Source of the DNA: Bacillales bacterium UBA6877
Lineage (GTDB): Bacteria > Bacillota_I > Bacilli_A > RFN20 > CAG-826
Assembly: GCA_002451465.1 (NCBI GenBank)
Contig: DKCJ01000020.1
Location: forward strand, 52,777 to 113,676
Length of the DNA: 60,900 nucleotides
Direction: 5' to 3'
The position numbers and the translations under genes are program-made. A model generated the notes under the pieces. It saw nothing but the letters and a program-made list of their open reading frames with translations. It was not told the origin of the DNA and did no database searches. Below, piece by piece: positions 43,658-54,064 of the stretch. Within the stretch, counting starts at the first letter, position 1, and each line of letters opens with the position of its first letter.

Positions 43658-44569
43658 ATTAGACCTAGTAACTTCTTTATAGTTTTTAAAATTTTGTTTG
43701 CAAATTTTCGAAAGTTTTTCTAAACCAAACTTTTCTATGTATTTTTTTGCAAAAATATCGACCTGTTCACCAGCCCCAAAAGGAATCGTCATTCCTATTT
43801 TTTTAGATTGATATTCCATTTCTTTTAAGAAAAAATATCGAGCTAAACAACTAGCAAGTGCAACACTTGGGAAGTAGGATTCACCTTTTTCTTTAAAAAC
43901 AAGACCATCTTCAATATGTTTAATATCATTTAAATATGCAAAATACTTATCTTTTGGAACAAATTGATCAATATATAAATTTTTTACATAAGGAAATCTT
44001 GCATGTAAATTAGATAACACATAATTATGTAAGATACATTTAATTTTCACCATGTTAAAACCAGATTTAACAGCTGCATTATATCTTTCATTACTTAAAA
44101 TTTTATATTCAAAGTAAACTTTTTTTATTAATAGTGGAACAATTTGCAAAATTTTATCATCAGTTAGCTTTTTACTATCCTTAATATTATATTCATCAAT
44201 TAATTTCATTGTTTCTTTGTCACAATAAGCTGCACAAACAACTATAGGGCAAAGAAAATCTCCTGTTCCAACTTCATCACTTCCAATTTGTTGATCAATA
44301 TCAATAAAAAATAATGATTCTTTACGATTTTTAATTTTTTTTGATGTTATAATTGGTTGATTTGAGTATTTTTCAGCAATTTTTAAAGCGTCATCACCTT
44401 GGATAGTAACTTTAAAATCAATACCTTTCTTATTAGAAAATACGGTTATAATATTTTTATCGGTTTTTATAGCAAAAATAATATAACCAATGTCTCTTTG
44501 GACGATATATTTTTCATAATCATGTTCAATTTGCTTTAAAGCATTCGCATCTATTTTTATTGTTATCAT
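43640..44569 (-). CDS. rnhC: ribonuclease HIII
   Basis: N-terminal TBP-like domain followed by the RNase HII/HIII core with GSDEVGTGDF. The 3' end overlaps rluD by 18 nt. Confidence 0.85.
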   Translation of the reverse strand: MITIKIDANALKQIEHDYEKYIVQRDIGYIIFAIKTDKNIITVFSNKKGIDFKVTIQGDDALKIAEKYSNQPIITSKKIKNRKESLFFIDIDQQIGSDEVGTGDFLCPIVVCAAYCDKETMKLIDEYNIKDSKKLTDDKILQIVPLLIKKVYFEYKILSNERYNAAVKSGFNMVKIKCILHNYVLSNLHARFPYVKNLYIDQFVPKDKYFAYLNDIKHIEDGLVFKEKGESYFPSVALASCLARYFFLKEMEYQSKKIGMTIPFGAGEQVDIFAKKYIEKFGLEKLSKICKQNFKNYKEVTRSNSFNSR

Positions 44570-44615
44570 CGCTTAAATTATACCATTGTATCAAGTTTTA
44601 TGCTAATATTTGATT

Positions 44616-46907
44616 ATGAATTCTGTTAGACAAATTTTGGAAATAGATAAAATTATAGAATCTGTTAAGAAATATATTAAAACTCCTCGTGGTGCTTTTA
44701 TCCTAGATAATTTAGATGTTTTTGATGATAAAGAAGCATGCAAAACTGAATTATCAAAACTTAATGAAATGATTTCTATCATAAACAAATATAATGAGTT
44801 GCCTATAAATAATCACATAGATATTGAAAATGAAATAAAAAAAGCAAAAAAAGGCGATATTCTCGATGAAAAGAAATTAAATGATATAAAGGAATTTCTT
44901 TTATCAACGAAGGAAATTATAAAATATTTTGGAAAAATTAAAGATACATATTCTTTATCAAATGAATATTCAATTTTAAAGTTTGATGAAATCTTATATA
45001 ACAAAATTATTAGTGTAGTAACTATTGAAAATACTATACAAGATAATGCAAGTGCTAAATTAAGCCAAATAAGGAAAGATTTATATAAAAGTGAAAGAGA
45101 AATTAAATCAACAATAAATAAATTATTAATTAAATACAAAGATCAATTATCAGGAGATAATTATGTGTTACGTGATGGAACATTTGTATTACCAATTTCG
45201 TCTTCATATAAAAATAATATTAATGGTTTAGTTCTTGACATGAGTGCTAGTGGTCAAACAACATTTATTGAACCATTAGAAATTGTTAATCTTGAAAATT
45301 CAAAGCATATTTTGGAAATTCAAGAAAAGGAAGAAGTTAATAGAATTTTAAAAGAATTAACGAATTTTGTTATAAAAGAAGAAGATTTGCTAATTAAAAA
45401 CGATAAAATCATAGGATATTTAGACTTTTTATCTGCAAAAGTACATTATGCTAAAGAAATAGATGGTATAGTTCCTATTTTATCCGACAAACAAGAAATA
45501 AAATTATATCTTGCAAGACATCCATTATTAGATAAAAAAACAGTTGTGGCTAATGATTTTATTTTAGGAAATGAAAAAACATTGATGGTAATTAGTGGTC
45601 CTAATGCTGGTGGTAAAACTGTTGCATTAAAAACTGTTTCAATTCTTGCATATATGACTAAGCTTGGTTTACCTATTTCGGCAGAATCTAATAGTGTAGT
45701 AGGATTTTTTAGAAAAATTTATATTGATATAGGTGATAGTCAATCTATAGAAAATAATTTATCTACATTTAGTGCGCATATTTCAATACTTTCAGTATTA
45801 TTAAAGTATATATCAAGTAAAGATTTAGTAGTTATTGATGAATTGGGCAATGGAACAGATCCAAAAGAAGGTGAAGCTTTAAGCATGGCTGTCGCAGAAT
45901 TTTTATTAGACAAAAAATGCTTAACATTGATATCTTCTCATTATAATTTATTAAAACAATTTGGCTTAGCGAATCCAAAAGTATTAAGTGCATCTTTTAT
46001 ATTTGATGAAAAGTTAATCGAACCAACTTTTAAAATCATCTATGATGTAACGGGAAAAAGTTATGGTTTTAAAATTGCTAGAAAATATGGCTTAAATAAT
46101 TCTATAGTTAACCGAGCAGAAAAAATTTACGAGAAAAACTTTATAGATAATGAAGATCGAAAATTACAAATTTTAGAAGACAAAGAACGAAATATTCATG
46201 AGAAAATTGAAGATTTAAAACAAAAACAAAAAGAATTAGATAAATTCCAAAACGAATTATCTAAAAAGAGTGCAGCTTTAAATCTCAAAGAAGAAAAATT
46301 AAAAGAAAGAAAAATCGAAGATTTTGATGATTACATGGATTCAAAAATTGATGAAATAAACAATATTGTTGAAGAATTTAAAGCTTCAAACAAGACAAAA
46401 TCCAATGATTATATCGACAAAATTAATTCATTGAGTTTAACAAAAAAGAAAAATGAAAAATTGAGTGTCGGCGATTATGTTGAAATAAAATCAATTGGCA
46501 TGACGGGACAAATTATACGATTAAATGGGAAAAAAGTAACAATTACGACTGGCGATGGTTTAAATTTAAATACAGATATTGATAAATGCGAAAAAATCAA
46601 CAAACCAGCAACTTATAAGCCAAAACCATCAAATTTAGATCAATTAATTTATGGCAAAAAACCAATATCATCATCACTTAATCTTGTTGGTTATCATATT
46701 GATGAAGGAATCGATGCACTTGATACATATTTGAGCGAGTGTTTTGCTCGTGGGATTAAAAGTGTAAAAATTATACATGGATTCGGCACTGGTCAACTTA
46801 GAAACGCCATTCATGAACATTTAAAAACATTAAAATATGTAAAATCTTTTAAGTTAGGTGACGAAACCAACGGAGGATCAGGAGCAACAATAGTTACATT
46901 AAAATGA
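44616..46907 (+). CDS. mutS2: endonuclease MutS2
   Basis: Walker A GPNAGGKT, DELGNGTDP and a C-terminal Smr domain (LNLVGYHIDEG...IIHGFGTGQLR). ATG 44616 is preferred over TTG 44610. Confidence 0.93.
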   Translation: MNSVRQILEIDKIIESVKKYIKTPRGAFILDNLDVFDDKEACKTELSKLNEMISIINKYNELPINNHIDIENEIKKAKKGDILDEKKLNDIKEFLLSTKEIIKYFGKIKDTYSLSNEYSILKFDEILYNKIISVVTIENTIQDNASAKLSQIRKDLYKSEREIKSTINKLLIKYKDQLSGDNYVLRDGTFVLPISSSYKNNINGLVLDMSASGQTTFIEPLEIVNLENSKHILEIQEKEEVNRILKELTNFVIKEEDLLIKNDKIIGYLDFLSAKVHYAKEIDGIVPILSDKQEIKLYLARHPLLDKKTVVANDFILGNEKTLMVISGPNAGGKTVALKTVSILAYMTKLGLPISAESNSVVGFFRKIYIDIGDSQSIENNLSTFSAHISILSVLLKYISSKDLVVIDELGNGTDPKEGEALSMAVAEFLLDKKCLTLISSHYNLLKQFGLANPKVLSASFIFDEKLIEPTFKIIYDVTGKSYGFKIARKYGLNNSIVNRAEKIYEKNFIDNEDRKLQILEDKERNIHEKIEDLKQKQKELDKFQNELSKKSAALNLKEEKLKERKIEDFDDYMDSKIDEINNIVEEFKASNKTKSNDYIDKINSLSLTKKKNEKLSVGDYVEIKSIGMTGQIIRLNGKKVTITTGDGLNLNTDIDKCEKINKPATYKPKPSNLDQLIYGKKPISSSLNLVGYHIDEGIDALDTYLSECFARGIKSVKIIHGFGTGQLRNAIHEHLKTLKYVKSFKLGDETNGGSGATIVTLK

Positions 46908-48664
46908 ACAAAAGACTTATTAACGAAATCAAATTATTACCAAACAACCCAGGTTGTTATTTAATGCATGATGAAAATGATGAAATTATTTATATTGGAA
47001 AAGCAAAAAACCTAAAAAATAGAGTTTCTCAATATTTCAATCGACCTCATACAGGAAAAACCGCAGCAATGGTTTCGCATGTTGATCATTTTGAAACAAT
47101 TGTTACAAGAACTGAAAAAGAAGCTTTCATATTGGAAATGAATCTTATTCAGAAACATTTGCCAAGATATAATATTTTATTAAAAGATGATAAACATTAT
47201 CCATATATTGCTATTCATAAAATAAAGGATCCTTATATTTCTATTGCAAGACATATTAATGACAAAAGATGCGATTATTTCGGTCCTTTTCCAGAATCAT
47301 CGAACGCATACGAAATGATTGATTTATTAAACAAATTTTTTCCTTTACGTAAATGCAAAAACATCCCCAAAACCCCATGTCTTTATTATCATTTAGGACA
47401 ATGCTTAGCGCCTTGTATAAACAAAATTAATCCAGATGAATATAAAGCTATCATTGATAAAATTGAACAATTTTTGCGAGGCGATAATAAAGAAATTATT
47501 CAAGACGTCAAATCAAAAATTAAATATTACAGCGATACTTTAGATTTTGAAACAGCTGAAGAATATAAAAAAATACTAGATAGTTTAAATCACATTAATG
47601 ATAAACAAGATGTTGAATTAATTAATGAAGGCGATATCGATGTTTTTGGATACAATATTCGTGAGGGATATATATCTTTAACTATATTAATTATTAGAAA
47701 AGGTATTTTAATTACAAAACGCAATTACGTATATGAGTTAGTTGGAGAAATTGAAGATTTTATAACTAATTTAATTTATCAATATTATGAGAACAATACT
47801 TTACCTAAAGAAGTGGTAGTTGGAAATGACGAAATAAAAGAAACATTGGAAAAAATATTGAATTGTAAGGTTTTGAACCCTTCTAGAGGCAAACTTTTTG
47901 AATTGATAACAATTGCATATACTAATGCAAAAGATGGTTTAGATGAACATTTTATGAGTGCTAGATTAGATGATAATAAACTCGAAATTCTCGATGAATT
48001 GGGTAAAATTTTAAAAATAAAAACACCATATAGAATTGAATTATTTGATAATTCTCATTTACAAGGAAGTAATGCTATAGGCGCAATGGTTTGTTTTATT
48101 AATGGTGAACCGGCTCCTAAATTGTATAGAAGATTTAATATTGAATCATTAAATAAGAAAAATGATTTATCAAGTATGGAAGAAGTTTTAACAAGAAGAT
48201 ATTCGAGACTTAAAAAAGAACATCAAACAATGCCAGATCTTGTATTACTTGATGGTGGTATCGAACAAATAGAAATAGCTAAAAAGGTTTTTAGTAAACT
48301 TGATATTAAAATAAACCTAGCAGGTTTAGTAAAAAACGATAAACATAGAACCAATTCATTAATTAATAGTAGTGGGGAAATAATTGATTTAAGCGATAAA
48401 AAACGATTATTTTTTATGTTGACTAGAATGCAAGATGAGGTCCATAGATTTGCCATCACTTCTCATAGAAATAAAAGAAATAAATATATGTTTAAAAGTA
48501 TATTTGATGATATCCCAGGACTTGGAGAAAAACGCATTGAATTAATTTACAAAAACTATCCAACACTCAGTTTATTGAAAAATGCAAATTTAATTGAACT
48601 AGAACAAATAATTCCTAAAAAAACGGCTGATATTTTATATAAGAAAATAAGGAGTATAAAATGA
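46904..48664 (+). CDS. uvrC: excinuclease ABC subunit C
   Basis: GIY-YIG domain (GCYLMHDENDEIIYIGKAKNLKNRVSQY), UVR domain, Endo V-like domain and a C-terminal HhH. ATGA overlap with mutS2. Confidence 0.95.
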   Translation: MNKRLINEIKLLPNNPGCYLMHDENDEIIYIGKAKNLKNRVSQYFNRPHTGKTAAMVSHVDHFETIVTRTEKEAFILEMNLIQKHLPRYNILLKDDKHYPYIAIHKIKDPYISIARHINDKRCDYFGPFPESSNAYEMIDLLNKFFPLRKCKNIPKTPCLYYHLGQCLAPCINKINPDEYKAIIDKIEQFLRGDNKEIIQDVKSKIKYYSDTLDFETAEEYKKILDSLNHINDKQDVELINEGDIDVFGYNIREGYISLTILIIRKGILITKRNYVYELVGEIEDFITNLIYQYYENNTLPKEVVVGNDEIKETLEKILNCKVLNPSRGKLFELITIAYTNAKDGLDEHFMSARLDDNKLEILDELGKILKIKTPYRIELFDNSHLQGSNAIGAMVCFINGEPAPKLYRRFNIESLNKKNDLSSMEEVLTRRYSRLKKEHQTMPDLVLLDGGIEQIEIAKKVFSKLDIKINLAGLVKNDKHRTNSLINSSGEIIDLSDKKRLFFMLTRMQDEVHRFAITSHRNKRNKYMFKSIFDDIPGLGEKRIELIYKNYPTLSLLKNANLIELEQIIPKKTADILYKKIRSIK

Positions 48665-49614
48665 GTAAAAATATTAGAGATTTATTTTTTAATGGTTGTT
48701 ATGAAACTATTTTGAATTCAAAAATTAATTACTATGACGGTGAAGATATTTATTATCTAATTATGAGCCATCAATCCTTACATAATACCAAAAAAGCATT
48801 GGAAACTTACTATAAATATAGAAAAATAGTAGAAAATTGGGATTTAATTAGTAGTATAAAAGAACTTTTAACCCTGCTTGCTAAAACTCGTAATTATCGA
48901 CAAATTGAAATAGAAAAAGAATATTTTATAAATTTACCATACAAAAACCAACAAACAGAAGAATTTCTTAATTCTTTAGATAACACAATTAAAAAGCTTA
49001 TCGATGAAATAGAAAATTCCAAAAATAATTTGGATTTTAGTGATTCCATTTCTATTTCTGACATTAAAAATAAACTTTTTAGTAATAATCAAATTGACAA
49101 ATATAATGCGCTTCATAAAATTTTTGCAATGCGTATCGAAAATGTCATACTAGATGACCTTGTTATAGAATATTTAAATAGTCCGCAACCATTTGATGTT
49201 GTTTACGTTTTATTGCTTGAATATGTTATTCTAGATAAAGTCGATCGTAACATTACTTTTAGAAAAGAAAATAACTATTTTATTATCAAACCTGTTGATT
49301 ATTTTGATTATATTGAAGAAAGTGAAATTTATATAAAAAATAAACTAGATTATTTATCTCGTACTCTAAAGAATTTGAGTATTTATTTTTATATAAAACG
49401 TTTAATGATTCCATCTTTTTTAAACATGTTTCCTAAAAAATTAGATAAAAAAATGATTGATGATTTGTTTTATGCTTGTTACCTTGTTGGGTGCAAAATT
49501 TATGGAACAGATGAGTCTGATGAAGAATATTTTCAAAATATAAAAGTTGATGATAAGTCATCAAAAAAATATGTCGAATTAATATTAGAAATTGAAAATA
49601 GTTTAAAATTTTAA
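48661..49614 (+). CDS. hypothetical protein, helical repeat-like, no recognised family
   Basis: Long ORF translationally coupled to uvrC (ATGA overlap). No motifs recognised. Confidence 0.5.
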   Translation: MSKNIRDLFFNGCYETILNSKINYYDGEDIYYLIMSHQSLHNTKKALETYYKYRKIVENWDLISSIKELLTLLAKTRNYRQIEIEKEYFINLPYKNQQTEEFLNSLDNTIKKLIDEIENSKNNLDFSDSISISDIKNKLFSNNQIDKYNALHKIFAMRIENVILDDLVIEYLNSPQPFDVVYVLLLEYVILDKVDRNITFRKENNYFIIKPVDYFDYIEESEIYIKNKLDYLSRTLKNLSIYFYIKRLMIPSFLNMFPKKLDKKMIDDLFYACYLVGCKIYGTDESDEEYFQNIKVDDKSSKKYVELILEIENSLKF

Positions 49615-49706
49615 AACTTCTAAATCTAAAAGTATTTTTGTTGTATTAGATTATAATCTAATATATAATTCTTTTCGTACGCATAAAAGCATAAGGAGAT
49701 GTTAAA

Positions 49707-51065
49707 ATGGCTACAAAATTAATTGATAAAGGAAATGGCGTTTTTGAAGTAACCACTTCAGTTACCGGTAAAGTATGGAGTGATGCTCAAGATAAAGCTG
49801 TTAAAAAATTAGCAGAAAATGTTCAAGTTAAAGGTTTTAGAAAAGGAAAAGCCCCTTTAGCTTTAGCGAAAGAAAGATTAACTGCTGGACAAGTATTTGA
49901 AGAAGCTATGAATATCGTTCTTCCAAAAATGTTTAGTGATGTCGTAAATGAACATAAATTAAATGTATTCTATAGACCTGATGTTAGACCAACAAAAGTA
50001 AGTCAAGCCGAATTAGAGGTCACATTTACAATTGTTACATACCCAGAAGTCACACTTGGTCAATATAAAGGAATCAATATTCCTCTTGAAAAAGTAAGTG
50101 TTTCAGATGAAGAAGTAAAAGTTGCAATCGATCATTTAAGAGAACAAAATGCTGAATGGGTTTTAAAAGAAAATGAGCCAGCCGCTAAAGGCGATACCGT
50201 TGTTATGGACTTCAAAGGATATATTGATGGTAAAGAATTCAATGGTGGTAGTGCTGATAACTATTCACTCGTTTTAGGAAGTAATTCATTTATTCCTGGT
50301 TTTGAAGATCAACTTGTTGGTGCAAAACCAGAAAGCAAAGTAGAAGTTAATGTTACTTTCCCAGAAAAATATGTTAAAGAATTAGCTGGTAAACAAGCAA
50401 AATTCGTCTGTATGGTTCATGAAGTTAAGACCAAAAAATATCCAGAAATTACTGATGACTTTGCTAAGAGCTTAAGCCTTGAAGGTGTTAGTGATGTTAA
50501 AACTCTTGAAACATATGAAAAGAATGAACTTTTACATCAAAAAGAACATCAAGCAAAAGATAAACAATTTAATGAAATTTTAGAAACAATTGTTAAAAAT
50601 GCAAAAGTCACAATTGCTCCTCAAGTTATTGCTAGTGAAACTGAAGCTGTTAAGAACGAAACAGTCAATCAAATCACACAAAATGGCTTAACTTTCGAAC
50701 AATATAAAGAAATTACTGGTTTAAGCGATAAAGAATTAGAAGAACAATTCAAAACACAAGCTACAACAAGATTAACACAATATTTAGTTTTAAATAAAAT
50801 TGGTGAAGTTGAAAAATTAGTTATTGCACCAAACGAAATTGAAGAATATTATGAAAATCTTGCTAGTACCTATGGAATGAAAGTTGAAGAAGTTAAAAAG
50901 GCTTTAGCAGCAAACGAAGGTAGAATTAGGCAACAATTAATTCAAGGCAAAATTGAAAGATTTATTATTGCAAACAATACTTCCGAAGTAAAAGCTGAAA
51001 ATAAAGAAAAAGTAGCAGCCGATGAACACACTTCTTCAGAAAATAAAGTAGAAGAACAAAAATAA
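49707..51065 (+). CDS. tig: trigger factor
   Basis: GFRKGKAP ribosome-binding motif and a central FKBP-type PPIase (GDTVVMDFKGYIDGKEFNGG). SD AAGGAG. Confidence 0.95.
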   Translation: MATKLIDKGNGVFEVTTSVTGKVWSDAQDKAVKKLAENVQVKGFRKGKAPLALAKERLTAGQVFEEAMNIVLPKMFSDVVNEHKLNVFYRPDVRPTKVSQAELEVTFTIVTYPEVTLGQYKGINIPLEKVSVSDEEVKVAIDHLREQNAEWVLKENEPAAKGDTVVMDFKGYIDGKEFNGGSADNYSLVLGSNSFIPGFEDQLVGAKPESKVEVNVTFPEKYVKELAGKQAKFVCMVHEVKTKKYPEITDDFAKSLSLEGVSDVKTLETYEKNELLHQKEHQAKDKQFNEILETIVKNAKVTIAPQVIASETEAVKNETVNQITQNGLTFEQYKEITGLSDKELEEQFKTQATTRLTQYLVLNKIGEVEKLVIAPNEIEEYYENLASTYGMKVEEVKKALAANEGRIRQQLIQGKIERFIIANNTSEVKAENKEKVAADEHTSSENKVEEQK

Positions 51066-51101
51066 TAGTGATTTTGTCACTTATATAAGGAGGTAATTTA
51101 T

Positions 51102-53456
51102 ATGGATTTCAATTCTAATACTCCTTTTAATCTACCTGTTTTAATTACTGAAGGATTTATTTTATTCCCAAGTGAAACTGAGACGATTTATATCGAAACA
51201 AAACTAGGTGTTAAAACAATTAACACCTCATTGGATAATTTTGAATCATATGTTATTGTTGTATCTTTAAAAGATATAAGCACGAATATAGATTCAATAG
51301 ATGCTAAAAATTTATATGACAAAGTGTACCATATTGGTACTCTTTGTTGTGTTAAAAAGACTCAATCATCACCTAGAAAATGCAAAATTACTTTTAATGC
51401 AATTGAAAGAATTTCATTGCTAGATGTATCTAGCAATGATGGTATTTACTTTGGAAACGCTATTACCTTACCTGATGAACAAGGCGATCCTGTACATGAA
51501 GAAATACTTATTAGAAATTTGTTCGATCAATTGCGAATTCTTCAAAATTCAGCTGGTGATAATTATATTGAACGTAATTTAAAAGTTATATTTAATAAAC
51601 TAAATTCTGGTATTAATGCAAAGGATATTTCCTATCTTTTAAGCATAAATTTGCCAACCACTACTGAAGAAAGACAAGAATTATTAGAAGCTAAAGATGC
51701 TAATATTAGATTAAAGAAACTCATTTCATTATGCACATCATTGACTAGTATGTTGCAAATTGAAAAGAAATTACAAGATGATGTTAGAGATAGTGCAGAA
51801 AAAAATCAACGTGATTACTTTTTAAGGGAAAAATTAAAAGCAATCAAAAAAGAATTAGGGGAAGATGGAAGGGATGATGATCCTGATAATATTATAGATA
51901 AAGTAGAAAAGGGAGATTATCCAGACCATGTTAAAAATAAAGTAAAAGAAGAGATGAAGAAGTTTGAAATGCTTCCACCAGGTTCGCTTGAAGGAAGTCT
52001 TATCAAAACTTATGTCGATTTACTTTTGAGTTTACCATGGAATATTTCAACAAAAGATAACAACGATCTTAAAGATGTTGAAAAAATTTTAAATGATGAT
52101 CATTATGGGTTAGAAAAACCTAAAAAAAGAGTTCTAGAATATCTTGCCGTAAAACAAATGACAGGAAATTTAAAAGCTCCAATATTGTGTTTTTACGGAC
52201 CACCAGGAACTGGTAAAACAAGTTTAGCTAAGTCTATCGCTCATGCATTAAATAGACGTTTTGTAAAGGCAAGTTTAGGTGGAATTAGCGATGAAGCCGA
52301 AATTAGAGGTTTTAAGAGAACATATGTTGGTAGTGCTCCAGGAAGAATTATTCAAGGTTTAAAAAAGGCAAAAACCAATAACCCAGTATTCTTGTTGGAT
52401 GAAATTGATAAACTTGATAAGTCATATCACGGTAATCCTGCAAGTGCCTTACTTGAAGTTTTAGATCCAGAACAAAATAAAGAATTCCAAGATAATTATG
52501 TAGAAGAACCATTTGATTTATCAAACGTACTTTTTATATGTACAGCAAACTATATTGAGAATATACCTGCTCCATTACTTGATCGTTTAGAATTAATCGA
52601 ATTAAATAGTTATACTGCGATTGAAAAATTACACATTGCTAAAGAACATTTAATATCAAAAGCGATTCAAAATAATGGTTTAAATGATAAACAAATTAGT
52701 TTTACAGATTCTTCAATTGATTTTATGATTGAAAGGTATACTAGAGAGTCTGGTGTCCGTCAACTTGAAAGACTTATAAATACTATTTGTCGAAAAGTTT
52801 GTGTTGATATTATTAATAAAAAATTTGACCACATCGAAATAAAACCTCATGATGTCAAAGTCTATTTAGGCATTGAAATTTTTGATAGTCTAAAGAAAGA
52901 ACAAGGAAGCCAAATCGGTGTTGTTACTGGTTTAGCTTTTACCGAGTATGGTGGTGATATTTTAGCAATTGAGGTCACTATGTTTAAAGGGAAAGGAAAC
53001 TTAGTCCTTACCGGAAAATTAGGCGATGTCATGAAAGAGTCTGCAACCATTGCATTAGATTATGTACGAAGTAATGCGAAAAAGTACGGCATTAATCCTA
53101 TATTATTTGAAACAAGTGATATTCATATTCATGTTCCTGAAGGTGCTGTTCCAAAAGATGGACCATCGGCCGGTGTTGCATTAACAATTGCAATTATTTC
53201 ATGCTTAACTAATAAACCTGTTAGTGGTGATATAGCCATGACTGGTGAAGTTACTTTAAGAGGAAATGTTCTTCCTATCGGTGGTTTAAGAGAAAAATCT
53301 CTTGCTGCTTTAAGAAGTGGAATAAGAACAATCATTGTTCCAAGTAAGAACAAAAATAATGTTAATGAGTTACCAAAAGAAGTTAAAGATAATTTAAATA
53401 TCGAATATATGTCTTATGTTGATGATGCATATAAAATAATTTTCGGAAATAATTAA
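51102..53456 (+). CDS. lon: ATP-dependent Lon protease
   Basis: Walker A GPPGTGKTS, Walker B FLLDEIDK and protease Ser-Lys dyad context PKDGPSAGVAL / IGGLREK. Confidence 0.95.
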   Translation: MDFNSNTPFNLPVLITEGFILFPSETETIYIETKLGVKTINTSLDNFESYVIVVSLKDISTNIDSIDAKNLYDKVYHIGTLCCVKKTQSSPRKCKITFNAIERISLLDVSSNDGIYFGNAITLPDEQGDPVHEEILIRNLFDQLRILQNSAGDNYIERNLKVIFNKLNSGINAKDISYLLSINLPTTTEERQELLEAKDANIRLKKLISLCTSLTSMLQIEKKLQDDVRDSAEKNQRDYFLREKLKAIKKELGEDGRDDDPDNIIDKVEKGDYPDHVKNKVKEEMKKFEMLPPGSLEGSLIKTYVDLLLSLPWNISTKDNNDLKDVEKILNDDHYGLEKPKKRVLEYLAVKQMTGNLKAPILCFYGPPGTGKTSLAKSIAHALNRRFVKASLGGISDEAEIRGFKRTYVGSAPGRIIQGLKKAKTNNPVFLLDEIDKLDKSYHGNPASALLEVLDPEQNKEFQDNYVEEPFDLSNVLFICTANYIENIPAPLLDRLELIELNSYTAIEKLHIAKEHLISKAIQNNGLNDKQISFTDSSIDFMIERYTRESGVRQLERLINTICRKVCVDIINKKFDHIEIKPHDVKVYLGIEIFDSLKKEQGSQIGVVTGLAFTEYGGDILAIEVTMFKGKGNLVLTGKLGDVMKESATIALDYVRSNAKKYGINPILFETSDIHIHVPEGAVPKDGPSAGVALTIAIISCLTNKPVSGDIAMTGEVTLRGNVLPIGGLREKSLAALRSGIRTIIVPSKNKNNVNELPKEVKDNLNIEYMSYVDDAYKIIFGNN

Positions 53457-53458
53457 TT

Positions 53459-54052
53459 ATGGAAGAATTTTGTTTTAAAAATGCAACATTTATAAAATCC
53501 TGCGATGGAGTTAAATCACTTCCTCAAAAAAGACTTGAGGAAGTGGTTTTTGTTGGAAAAAGCAATGTCGGTAAGTCTAGTCTTTTGAATGCATTAGTTA
53601 ACCAAAAAAGATTAGCTTTTACCTCATCAAATCCAGGACATACTCGTTTACTTAATTATTATTTGATTGAAAATTCATTTTATTTTGTAGATTGCCCAGG
53701 TTATGGTTATAGTCAAAAGAAAAATGTTGATTATGAGTTTTATGGTAATATGATTGAAGGATACTTTACTGATAATAAATATCTTAAATTAATTGTCTTT
53801 TTACTAGATAGTAGGCATATTCCTACAGATGACGATTTAGATTTTTATAAATACATTTGTTCTACTAAGTATAATTATGTAATTTGTATGACTAAATGCG
53901 ATAAATTAAATCAAAGTGAGAAATCAAAAATTATTAAGAATATAAGCGAAAAACTTGGACCAGATGCAACAAAAAGTGTTTTACTCGTAAGCATAAAAGA
54001 TAAAAAAAGTCTTGTTGGACTTAAAAATAAAATTATAAGTATATTAAAATAA
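53459..54052 (+). CDS. engB: ribosome biogenesis GTPase EngB/YsxC
   Basis: G1 GKSNVGKSS, G3 DCPGYG and G4 TKCDK. Conserved lon-engB synteny. Confidence 0.9.
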   Translation: MEEFCFKNATFIKSCDGVKSLPQKRLEEVVFVGKSNVGKSSLLNALVNQKRLAFTSSNPGHTRLLNYYLIENSFYFVDCPGYGYSQKKNVDYEFYGNMIEGYFTDNKYLKLIVFLLDSRHIPTDDDLDFYKYICSTKYNYVICMTKCDKLNQSEKSKIIKNISEKLGPDATKSVLLVSIKDKKSLVGLKNKIISILK

Positions 54053-54064
54053 AGGAGAATCTCT

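Noticed and set aside
44603-45139. Antisense ORFs 44603..44788 and 44813..45139 (108 aa) in mutS2
   Set aside because: These are AT-rich antisense frames with Ile/Phe/Ser-rich artefactual composition and no RBS.
48223-48459. 78-aa antisense ORF in uvrC
   Set aside because: Antisense overlap.
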